Positions 43,237-53,252 of a stretch of 64,000 bases of DNA are shown in pieces (position 1 is the stretch's first letter; every line of letters starts with the position of its first letter). Source of the stretch: Thecamonas trahens ATCC 50062 (lineage: Eukaryota; Protista; Apusomonadida); NCBI RefSeq assembly GCF_000142905.1, contig NW_013657662.1, positions 1 to 64,000 on the forward strand, in the 5' to 3' direction. A model generated the notes under the pieces. The model ran no database searches and was not told where the DNA came from. It saw only the letters and a list, made by a program, of their open reading frames with translations. Made by a program: the position numbers and the translations under genes.

Positions 43237-44054
43237 TCATCGCCGCCGTGGCAGGCGCTTGTGCAGCGGGCGGGCCAGGACCACGCCGGCCGAGCTCATC
43301 TCGATGAGCTTGAGCGAGCGGAGAACGTTGAGCTTGGCCTTGCCCGACGCGCCAGTCACGCTCAGGCCCATGCTCACCATCTCCTTGACCCCCATCGGCT
43401 TGCGGCGCGGCTCGGCCTGGAACGTGTCGTACACGGTGCGGTAGACAGCGTTGACGGCGTCGACAGAGATCCGCCCGCGGACCAGCTGCGACACCCCTCA
43501 AACTCGGCCTTGCTCACCGGCACAAACCACCGAGCAGCCTCGCGTGCCACCTCTGTCTCCAGCTCATCCTCGTTGTTGCCGACAGCATCCGCTTCGTCCG
43601 CCTCGCCCGCCATCATGGCCTGCCCGGCGCCAACCTCCAGCTCGGTCAGTGCCAGGGCTTCGGCTGCCGACGGCACCGCCACCTTGCCGGCTCCCCGAGC
43701 CAGCGCCGCCGGCGAAGTCCCCACCGCAGCATGCCATTCCTTCTTGCTCGCCTCAAACGTCGCCAGTGCAGCCTTACCCGCCAGATGGGCCGCCCGTGTT
43801 CCCGGCGTGTTGGTCACGTCCAGAAGGCGCGAAGCGCCGCCCGCCACCGTCTTGGCCGCCTCACGGTAGAACTCGTCCTTGGCGGCCACCACCGCAGCAT
43901 GCCGCTCACGAAGACCTGCAACAGCCTCTTCCACAGCACTCAGCCGTGCAAGCAGCTCAGCTGGCGTCGTGCTCGTCCCAAACTCCTCCACGAGCTTCTC
44001 CTCCACGTACGCCAGGTCTGCCAAAACAGGTTCAAACTTTTGTGAAAGCGCCAT
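43237..44054 (-). CDS. SKA2: Ska complex subunit Ska2 with C-terminal Ska1-like domain; -1 break at ~43495
   Basis: N-terminal LSQKFEPVLADLAYVEEKLVEEF..PAELLARLSAV matches the Ska2 helix pattern; C-terminal VSKAEFEGVSQLVRGRISVDAVN...LNVLRSLKLI resembles the Ska1 microtubule-binding domain. Confidence 0.72.
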
Positions 44055-44383
44055 TCCACGACCTTTTTCCCGCTGGCTGCCACAGGACAGCGACAAGTGT
44101 GTCTTCCTCCTGCCACATTCTGCCGCCTTGCCGCCTTCTACCTCCCACCAGGCCCCGTCCGACGGTCATCACGGCATCCCACCGCCCGCCTACCCCCCTC
44201 TTACTCTCCAAGGCTCTCACCAGCCTACCGCACTCCGTCTCCCCCCCCTCCCCCCCTTTCCCCAATTCCTTCAATCTGATCTCGATCACGATCACCCCCC
44301 CCCCCCCCCACCCACGATCACGATCACGGTCTTGATCACGACCACCTGTCGCCCCCCCCCCCCAACCCCCGTCCCCGCTCCGC

Positions 44384-46150
44384 ATGAGCGTCAAACTCGA
44401 CGCCGACGGGTTTGTCATTCCCCCGTCGTCACGATACGCACTCCCGTCTCGCCCACCCGCAGAGTGGTCGACCTCGGAGGGGAGCGGGAGCTCGGACGAG
44501 GTTGTGCCTGCTGCAGTGGCCCACCTCCGCCGTCGCCACCGCCGCAAGCGCACCTCGTCGTCGTCCAAGACTCGCACCCGGACGCGATCAGGCTCGCTCT
44601 CCTTCCGCATTGCGCCTGTGGACAAAGCCGCTGCCTCTCCGCCGCCGGCCTCGCCTGACGCCCTGTGGGAGGCCACCCACTCGCTCCGCTCGCTCCAGGC
44701 CTGGCCAACCTCTGCCTCGGCCTCTGCCTCGGCCTCGCCGTCGGCGGCTGCCTCTCCCACGCTAGCTGGAGCCCAGGTTGGAGCCAGAGCCAAAGCAAGA
44801 GCTGGCTCGGTCTCAGCTCCGACAACGCCCTCGGTTGATGTTGGAGCCTTTCACGCCTCGTTTGGCAAGCCCCCAGCTGTCTTTGATCCGTTTGCTTCGC
44901 CAGCGCTGTCGCCTTTTCCTCGGCTTGCTACAAGTGTGAGCAAGGACGACGAGTTGGACTCGGACTCGGACTCGGACTCGTTCTTGTCGGGCTGGTCTGA
45001 CGACGATGATGAAGCCGCCACTGCTGCCGATGCCTGCGTCCTCGCCGAGGTCGACAGCCTCCCGCCGCTCGCCCTCGCTCAGCGGAGCGAGATGGATCGG
45101 GATGCACTCCTCTCCGAGAACGCCAAGCTCCGGCACCGGGTCGGCGTCTTGAGCGCCGCCTTTGCTGTCCACAAAGACAAGACCCGCAAGCTGTTTGAGC
45201 TTGAGGAGGCACGTGCCGCTCAGCTGCGCGAGCTCTGCGTCTCGCTGGCGGCCCAGCTCCGCGAGGTCCAGGCTGCAACGCCATCGCCGGCCCGCACGCC
45301 CCGCTCGCCGGCGCTCTCGCCGGTGGCCACGCCCCGCTCGCCCAATCTCGACATTGCCGACTTTGACACTCGCATTGCCGACCTCGCTGCCCAACCGCGC
45401 CTGGAGCGGCTTGAGTTCCGTGGCGTCGACGGTTTGGACGAGCCTGAGGTCGCCGCCCTCGCCCGCTGTATCAACATCCACTACGAGCTGGAGGCCATTG
45501 TTCTCGAGGACTGCCATCTCGAGGCCGAGGCGCTGAAGACTCTGCTCGAGGCTGCTGGTGGCGGTGCTGGCGCGCACGCCCGCCTTCGCAAGCTCGCCTC
45601 GCTCCGCCTTGCTGGCAACCGACTGCACCACTGGGCGGCTCAGAGCCTGACCGGGCTCCTCCGCGCCTCGCCAGCGCTCACTGCCATCGACCTCTCACGG
45701 ACCGGCTTCTCCGACCGCGGCATGGGCGTGCTTGCTAGCGCCATCTCGGCTTCGGGCGCCGGTGCGCTCCGCTCGCTCACTCTCGCCGCTAACGCCATCG
45801 CAGGCTCGCGCCTCCTGCTCCTCGCCCAGAGCCTGGTCGGCCTCCCGCACTTTGAGTGCCTCGACCTCTCCGACAACGCCCTAACTTCGGCTTCGGTAGT
45901 CGGCGCGGGCTTCCTCATGGCCGCTTCGGCATCGCTCACAAATCTTTCGCTCGCCCGCAACGCGCTCTCGGATGCCGCCGCCGCCGTCCTCGCCAAGGGC
46001 CTTCGCTTCTCAGCACGCATCACCTCGCTCGACGTCCGCGGCAACGCGCTCTCGCGCTCGGCAACCGCCGCACTTCATGCAGCCTGGCTCGACGTCCACG
46101 CCTCGAACGCCTCGCGGCTGCCGCTCCTTTTTGAAGCGCCGCCGCCTTAG
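44384..46150 (+). CDS. RNI-like leucine-rich repeat protein with disordered N-terminus and coiled coil
   Basis: 28-residue LRRs: LASLRLAGNRL, LTAIDLSRTGF, LRSLTLAANAI, ECLDLSDNAL, LTNLSLARNAL, ITSLDVRGNAL. Confidence 0.88.
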   Translation: MSVKLDADGFVIPPSSRYALPSRPPAEWSTSEGSGSSDEVVPAAVAHLRRRHRRKRTSSSSKTRTRTRSGSLSFRIAPVDKAAASPPPASPDALWEATHSLRSLQAWPTSASASASASPSAAASPTLAGAQVGARAKARAGSVSAPTTPSVDVGAFHASFGKPPAVFDPFASPALSPFPRLATSVSKDDELDSDSDSDSFLSGWSDDDDEAATAADACVLAEVDSLPPLALAQRSEMDRDALLSENAKLRHRVGVLSAAFAVHKDKTRKLFELEEARAAQLRELCVSLAAQLREVQAATPSPARTPRSPALSPVATPRSPNLDIADFDTRIADLAAQPRLERLEFRGVDGLDEPEVAALARCINIHYELEAIVLEDCHLEAEALKTLLEAAGGGAGAHARLRKLASLRLAGNRLHHWAAQSLTGLLRASPALTAIDLSRTGFSDRGMGVLASAISASGAGALRSLTLAANAIAGSRLLLLAQSLVGLPHFECLDLSDNALTSASVVGAGFLMAASASLTNLSLARNALSDAAAAVLAKGLRFSARITSLDVRGNALSRSATAALHAAWLDVHASNASRLPLLFEAPPP

Positions 46151-47466
46151 CTGGCAAAGAGCGACGATTCGAGGAGTGGGAGTGGTGCGAGCTCGGCCGG
46201 CCGGCTGCTCCGTCCCCGCACGCCAGATGCGGCTGCCCGCGTTCGGGCCGCCGGCTCTGCTGCTCGCACCGGCGACGCCCGCAGTGGTGAAACACGCCCC
46301 GGCTGCAGCCGCCGCATCAGCTGTGCGTTACTCGCCTTGACCTTGTGCAGCTGCGCTCGCAGTGCCGTCACCTCGTCGCGCTCCAGCTCGAGCTCGTCCT
46401 CCAGCCGCGCCACCCGGTCGCGGTACGTCGACTCGAGTGCACGCCGTTCGCGCTTGTGAGCCTTGGCCGCGTCCTGGACCGCCGCGCTCGAGCTGCGGAG
46501 TGAGTTACGCTCCTCGCGCAGCGCACGCACCTTGTCGCGCAGCACCTCCCGCTCCTCCATCAGGCCCTCGTTGTGCTCCACAAGCTGTGCAATGATGTCA
46601 TCCTGCTCCCGGATCCGCGCCTCCGACTCGGCCAACAGCGCCTCGGCCTCGCGCATCTCGGTCTCGCGCGCATGCGCAGCCTCGCGCAGATCTTGCACCT
46701 CTTGCGCCCGGGCATCCGACTCGGCCTGTAGTGCCGCCATAATGTTGAGCGCCTCGTGCGGCAGTACCACCCCCGTCCCGACCACAGGCACCGACGGCGC
46801 CTGCTGGAGCTGTGGCTGCGGCTGAAGCTGCGGCTGGAGCTGTGACTGGAGCTGTGACTGGAGTTGCGGCTGGAGTTGCGGCTGTGGCTGCTGCGTGATT
46901 CGCGCAAGCTGCGACAACAGTGCCACCATCTCGTGCGCATCATCCAGCAGCGCTCGCGAGTTCCGGCCCCGGCCCTGCTCTCCCCGCACCACCTCGATCG
47001 TTGCCTCGCTCTCATTCCCATCGTCATCGTCATCGCCATCGCCATCGCTCTCACTCCTTCCACCTTTGCTGCCACCGCCGCCGCGATCGTCTGCTCTCCC
47101 CGACAGCTGCGGCTCAAAGAACGACCGCGCCTGCTGGCGCACCGTCAGCGAGTGCGAGCCGAGGTGCGCCGGCGTCGGCGGCATCGACATTGGCGAGAGC
47201 GTAAACGAGGTGTCGTCCATCACGTCCCGCCCGCTCACCCTCCCACTCCCGCCAGGCGACTCGCGCCGCTGCAGCTCATCCTCTCCTCTGCTGCGACCAA
47301 AGAACTCGCGCGGACCACCCTGGCCGCCACCGCTGTGTCCACTCCTGCGCTCGCGTCCGCGCTCGCCCTCCGCACCACCTCGTCCTCCAGACCCAGGCAG
47401 CGGCGAGACCGCCGTCGCATTGAGTGCACGCAGCGCTGCTATTTTGGAGCTCAGACTCGCATGCAT
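46147..47466 (-). CDS. Coiled-coil hypothetical protein
   Basis: ORF with E/R/L heptads and a QPQL repeat; its stop overlaps the LRR gene stop (TTAG, 46147-46150). Confidence 0.7.
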   Translation of the reverse strand: MHASLSSKIAALRALNATAVSPLPGSGGRGGAEGERGRERRSGHSGGGQGGPREFFGRSRGEDELQRRESPGGSGRVSGRDVMDDTSFTLSPMSMPPTPAHLGSHSLTVRQQARSFFEPQLSGRADDRGGGGSKGGRSESDGDGDDDDDGNESEATIEVVRGEQGRGRNSRALLDDAHEMVALLSQLARITQQPQPQLQPQLQSQLQSQLQPQLQPQPQLQQAPSVPVVGTGVVLPHEALNIMAALQAESDARAQEVQDLREAAHARETEMREAEALLAESEARIREQDDIIAQLVEHNEGLMEEREVLRDKVRALREERNSLRSSSAAVQDAAKAHKRERRALESTYRDRVARLEDELELERDEVTALRAQLHKVKASNAQLMRRLQPGRVSPLRASPVRAAEPAARTRAAASGVRGRSSRPAELAPLPLLESSLFAS

Positions 47467-47635
47467 CCCGCACGTAGTCAAGCGTGCCTTGAAGCAGCTC
47501 TCATTCGCCTCGTGGCTCCGGCTCGGGCTCGCCGCCTGCGCGCGCCACCGATCGATCACGCCTGCAAGCCGTGATCACGACCACGATCACGATCACGACC
47601 TCCTCCTGCCCCCCACCATACTTGACGTACTCACC

Positions 47636-49792
47636 ATGGCCATGGGGATGGAGAAGCTTCTGGCACAGGTGGCAGAGGCACCAGACATGGTAAGCAAGGG
47701 TGGTGGTGGTGGTGGTGGTGGTGGTGGTGGTCCACGCCAAGGGAGCTGTGGTCGCCGTGTGGCGGGCAGAGCCAAGGCGTGACCACCTTCCACGACCTTT
47801 TTTGGCGCCAAAGGGCGGCAAGAACCGGGAAGAGGACGCTGCGCAAGTGACTAACAGGCAAGGTGGCTGCGGGGGGCCACGTAATCATGACAGGTGGCCA
47901 AGGACGTTAATGGCGAGGTGGCGGTCATGTATCTGCCGGCTCATGTCGATGTGCCGGCGCGAAAGGTGGTGGGCTCGGGCGAGCTGGTCTTGGTGGCGGG
48001 CGGCGTCGACGCCGGCCCGCTCTCAGCTTCGCTCGCAGAGCTTCCCATGGCGGTGTACGTGGGCAATGCGCCGAGCGGAAGCACGCCGTCGCTGAGCGGG
48101 AGCTTTGCGGTGGCTGCAGCCGACGGCAGGAGCCACACGGTGGACATCGGAGCCATGGCGCCGCTTCCGCTGCGGGCGGCGCGCGGGGTGCTCGGCGAGG
48201 TTGTCGCCGCTCGCCGCGACGGCTTTGATCCGCTGGCGCACGCCACGGTTCTCGTTCTCACAAGTGCAGAGGACCACGGCTACGTCGAGACGGCAGCCTA
48301 CACATACCTGGGCCTGGCCCCTGGCGACGGAGCTGGGCAACTGTTCAAGATCTGGGCCGACGGCACGCTCCGCTCGTCGCAGGTCCTCCTCGTCGAGGCC
48401 GATGACTACCCGGCCGACGCAAGCTACAGCTACTCGGCGGTATACGACTTTTTCCAGGTCGACGACGCCGGAGAGGCCGATTGTGAGCCGCCGAGTGTGG
48501 CGCTCGAGGTTGCGTGGTCGGGCGCGGAGCACCTTGGCCGTGGCGTGCTCGGCGCGCCGCCGCTCACCGTCGACTGGGCTGTTCTCAAGCTGGTGCCGCG
48601 GGTGGGTTCGGAGCTCGCGCCGCTTGCGCCGGCCCTTGCTGCCCTTCGCCAGCTCGTCGCTCTCAACCAGGTCCGCACCGGCGCCGAGTGGCCGGCGGCG
48701 CCCAGCGCGCCGGCCAAGGCCGACTACCTCGACGAGTACGCTGGCCACGAGGACGACATTGCGGCCCACGGCGGGACCATGGACCCGGCGCTTTTTGGCC
48801 CGCCGGCGCCCAAGGACGACTCGGCGCTCGGCTCGGCCTCGCCGGCCCGCCGCACCGACCTCGACTTTACCGAGCGCCTCTGGCTCTTTCTCAAGGATGC
48901 AGCCTCGCTCGACGACCTCACAGCCTGCCTCCGCCACATCTTTGACAAGCTCCTTGCTGGCGACTTTCAGCCGGTCATCCACCGGACAAACTCGACCGCG
49001 CTCGGCCTCCTCCTCCGCCAGTCGGTCAAGGCCATGCTGACAAACACCGGCGAGCTGGGCGGCGCTGGCGCGGCGTCGACCGCCGACGAGCTCGCGCAGG
49101 CCTTTGACTACTGGCTCGACGAGCCGGTCGAGTGCCTGGTCGAGATCGGCATCTACTACCTGCAGCGCAACTACTCGGCGTGGCTCACCTCGCACTCGCT
49201 CTGCACCTACACCCAGATCGAGCCGTACCTCGACCCGACGGCCGAGACCCGCGAAGCGCTCGAGGCCCTGCTCCGCCTCCACGCCCTCCTCGACACCTGC
49301 CTGCTCGCCAACGCCGCCGGCGCGCCTTACGACGCGCTTCGCTCGCTATGCACCCTGGCGCTCTCGCGCTACGCCTCTGCTGACGGCGTCTCGTCGGTCT
49401 CGGCCGCCGCCGCCGCTGCTTACGGCCTCATCGACGACGTCAACGCCTTTGACCTCGACGCCGCCCTCGCCAAGATCCCCTTCCTCGAGTTCCGCATCCC
49501 GCTCCCGGTCTTCTCACAGGCCACTTCGCGCGCCATCGACGCCCTCAAGGCTGAGACGCCCGAGTCATGGACCATGGTCGTCACATCCGACGCCACCGCC
49601 GCCACCGCTGCCCCCACAGGCGCCCCGGCCGCCCCGGCTGTCCGCGTCACCCATGTCGCTCGCTCCGAGACATCCATGCTCGCCATGCCGGACGCATCTA
49701 CCCTCAATGCACTCGAGACCCAGGCCAAGGATGCCGATCTGGCCGATGCCGTCTACCTCACGTACTCTGCGACCACCACGCCGGTGTTCTAG
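47636..49792 (+). CDS. ZWILCH: Zwilch (RZZ kinetochore complex); exons 47636-47689 and 47894-49792
   Basis: GTAAGC donor, CTAAC branch point, CAG acceptor, phase 0; RTDLDFTERLWLFL..SLDDL..IF..L..GDFQPVIH..NST.L and PVECLVEIGIYYLQRNY match Zwilch. Confidence 0.85.
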
Positions 49793-49899
49793 CCACCGTC
49801 GGTGTGCGCCCCTCTGCCACGCCTCTCAAGCGTTTCGGCATTGAGGGGCCCTCACTCGTCGCTACCCCGTCCCGTCCGCCTCCCCCCCTCCCCCTCCCC

Positions 49900-50922
49900 A
49901 TGGCTGACCCGGACCCCACTTATGTACCGCTGTCGGTAAAGGAGCATGTAAGCTGCACTGCCCCTCCTCTGTCTTTCCGCAATCCCCTCCCCTCCCCTCC
50001 CTCCCCCCTTCACCTGCCCGTCGGGAGATGCTGCTGTGGATCCCTTTGCTGCGATGCGACTCACCTTGGCCAAACGCGTCGGATGAACGTATGATGATTG
50101 CAGTGGTATGCAGAGCTGGAGATTCTGGGCGCAGGGCGAGATGTGCACAAGCTGGCAGCGTCGCTGGCTGCACCCGATGTAGTGAGCCATGGACTGTACA
50201 ACCCAGAGGTCGAGGCAGGTGCGGACGGCGAGCTGGAGCAGATGGCTGGGATGAAGGCTGTCGAGCTGGCCATTCTGCGGGCCGAAGCGTGCTTGGCGGA
50301 GAAGAACTGGCTTGAGGCGCTGCTGGTGCTCATGCCGATGGTGCTCAACGAGAGCTTTCTGATCAAGGCCGGCCGGCTGCTCCAGACGTCGCTGCTGACG
50401 CTGGCGGCGCGGGCGGCGCTCGGCCTGGGCGATGTCGACTCGGCAGAGACGTATCTGGCGGCGGTCAAGTACAAGAAGCGCCCGCCCAAGATTGTAGTTG
50501 AGCTGATGGCAAAGGTTGTCTGGGCGCGGCTCGAGGCGACTGACGCCGACGCGGTTGTGGCGCCGGAGCCGTCGGCGATCAAGCTCGTCCGTGAGCTGCG
50601 TGTCGAGGCCTCTGCGCCGCGGCGCGATCCGACCGTCTGGCTGCGGATGGCGCGGCTTGCGGCATCGCCGTATCTTGCATGGTGGGGCCTGGCACGCGGC
50701 GCGGCGACCGAGGCTGCAGGCGTGCTCGTCCACGGCTCGCGACACCTTCCAGAGGGCTCGATGGCGGTGACGGGCCTGCACGCGCTGGCTGCCGAGGCCG
50801 AAGCACTGCTGGAAGCGATTCCCACGGATGCGCCCGAGGCACCTTGCAAGGTAAGCGACAAGTGGGGCCCGCTCAACGAGATCCCGGAGCCGTGGCGCCG
50901 GTGGTCGCGCGATCGGCAGTAG
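49900..50922 (+). CDS. Hypothetical helical (TPR-like) protein; exons 49900-49947 and 50104-50922
   Basis: GTAAGC donor and TTGCAG acceptor in phase 0; amphipathic helices such as LAARAALGLGDVDSAETYL. Confidence 0.6.
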
Positions 50923-50983
50923 CCGTCCTCTGCTAACGTCTGCGTGTTGCCGTCACGTTTCTGCGAACACGTACCGTTTATGG

Positions 50984-52555
50984 CTAAAGCGAGCGCTTGT
51001 AGAACTCGCCGGTGGTGTCGAGCGAGAGGAAGGTGTCTGTTCCGTAGCCGGGCATAGAGATCATCATGAGATCGCCGCCAAAGTGACGGGCGTGGAGGCG
51101 GGCGAGCGGGAGGCCAAAGCCGTAGCCTGCGAGCGGCGACGCGTTTGTGGCCTTGATGTCCCAGTTGAAGCGGGCGTCGGCGTCGGTAGCCTTGGGCGAC
51201 GAGGGCGAGAAGTTCTTGGACGCCGTTGTCACGCCGTACTTGAAGACGTGCGAGCCGAGAGTGCCCGGGACAAGGCCCTTGATCTCGGGAATGGTCTCGC
51301 GCGAGCCGAGGAACACGTTGAGGTTCTTGGAGACTGGATCGTCGGAGCCTTCGGCCGGCGGCACGCCGCCGCCCTTGTCCGAGATACGGATGTTGAGGTG
51401 GGCGTCGCCGCGGCCAAAGTAGATGTGGATGGGATCGAGCTCCGAGGCGTGCATCACGACCTCGCCTGTGGAGCGCTCACGGAACTCGATGACGGCGCGC
51501 ATCGAGTTCTTCAGCAGCTCGGTGGCAATGTACTCGAGGTGGGCGGGATGAACGGGAACTTGATGTCGGTCGAGCCCGAGAACTCGACCCGCGGCGCCAC
51601 GCCGTAGTGCTGGATACACTGCTCGGTGACTCGGGCGGTGGTGGCAAGGAACCGCGAGTAGGGCGAGCACTTGAGATGGATGACGCCGCGCCACTCGTCG
51701 TCCACCATGCCGCGGAGCGTCAGGTGTTGCTCGGCCATGACGCGCTGGGTGATCCGCGACGCGAGCATGTTGTCGAGGAACGAGTCAATGTGGAGCGACC
51801 GCCGCGAGACGACCTGCATGGCCTCGCGCACGCCCTGGCCGAGCAGCTCGACGACGGGCAGGTTCTCGCGCAGGGCCTTGGAGAGAGTCTCGCAAAAGTG
51901 CTCGTTGGTAGCCACGTCGTTGATGCGGCCCTCAAACTTGCGGATGGCCTCAAACGACGAAGAGTACAGCTCAAAGACGCGATAGATGTGCGGGTTCTGG
52001 AGCACAAGCCACGGAAGGGCTTGCATCTCAAAGATGCGCTTGGCGAGGCGGATCGGGAGCTGGCGCGAGATAAAGTTGGCCGAGGAGAGAATGTTGGCCA
52101 CCGACGGCTCACGCGAGTGGCCCACCATTTCGTTGATGCTAAAGTTGCGGAGCTTCTTGGCTGCATACCGCCTCACCGTCTGGTCGTAGAACGCATCCGC
52201 CGTGATGATCTTGCGCTTGGACACTGTCACCGCCTCATCGACCACTTCCGGATGCAGATCAGCCGGTGCCGATCCCGAATCGACCTCTTTCCCTGCCACC
52301 ATTCCGCTTGTGGTACCCTTCCCACTCTTGTCCTTGCCCTTGCCCTTGCCTGGGTGGCTTCCACTCTCTCCCTCGCTGTCTCGGCTCCACTCTCGGCTGC
52401 TGCTCTCGGTGCGCGGCCCAATTTGCCGCCACTCCCTGCTCGACCGCCATTCTGCACCGCCTTGCTCAACCAGCGACTGCCCCTCGCACCCACCCCACCA
52501 CCATGCCCATACTCCGCGCCCCACTTCCAGCCATCCTCAGTCCCACTCCCAGCAT
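50984..52555 (-). CDS. Mitochondrial branched-chain alpha-ketoacid/pyruvate dehydrogenase kinase (BCKDK-like); -1 break at ~51544 and probably further breaks in the presequence
   Basis: AFYDQ, QLPIRLAKRI, FLDNMLASRITQRVMAEQH, ELLKNSMRA, IRISDKGGGVP, LAGYGFGLP, LMMISMPGYGTD; N-terminus and start uncertain. Confidence 0.9.
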
Positions 52556-52798
52556 GCTTGCTCTATCACAAGAGAGCTGTATGCCTTCCCCTCCTCGCTG
52601 GCCCTGCACGCCTGTTCCGCACTCTTTGGCGCCCACCTGCACTCGCCCGTCCATACTTGCCAAGACTTGGCTGCCCGTCTGCTTCCATGCTTCCCATCGG
52701 TATCATGATCATGTTATGTGCACGAGGGATCGGATTGTGTCTGGGAGGAGGGAGGAGGAGGTGAGATGGGGGAGACGGGGAGGGTGTGTGTGTGGGGG

Positions 52799-52829
<31 letters not shown>

Positions 52830-52923
52830 CGAGTCATCATGACGATGCCAACATCGATCATATCCGAGACGAACTCGAGCGAGTCGGCCGTGTGGAGCAA
52901 GTCGACTGAGAACGGCCAGGTTG

Positions 52924-53105
52924 AGTCGAGCGAGTCGAGCGAGTCGAGTTAGTCGAGCTAGTCGAGCTAGTCGAGCTAGTCGAGCGAGATCGGCCATGGT
53001 GGCGTCGACCGAGATCAGGATCAAGTTGTGGATAGTCGAGCCAGCCGAGCCAGTCGAGCCAGCCGAGCCAGCCGAGCCAGCCGAGCCAGTCGAGCCAGCC
53101 GAGCG
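52924..53105. repeat. Two arrays of related 9-bp units (AGTCGAGCG/T x~7; AG[T/C]CGAGCC x~8)
   Basis: Directly visible in the divergent BCKDK/CDF intergenic region. Confidence 0.88.
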
Positions 53106-53252
53106 ACAACGAGCATGGCCGAGAGGCTGATGGATGACCATGTCATGGTACGTCGGGCTACATCCGCTCCTCTCTCTGGCCGGGATCGGGCGCGGGGACT
53201 CGGGGCTCAGCTGGCAGCACTCGGCTCGGTCGGGGGAGCAGGCGACACAGAT

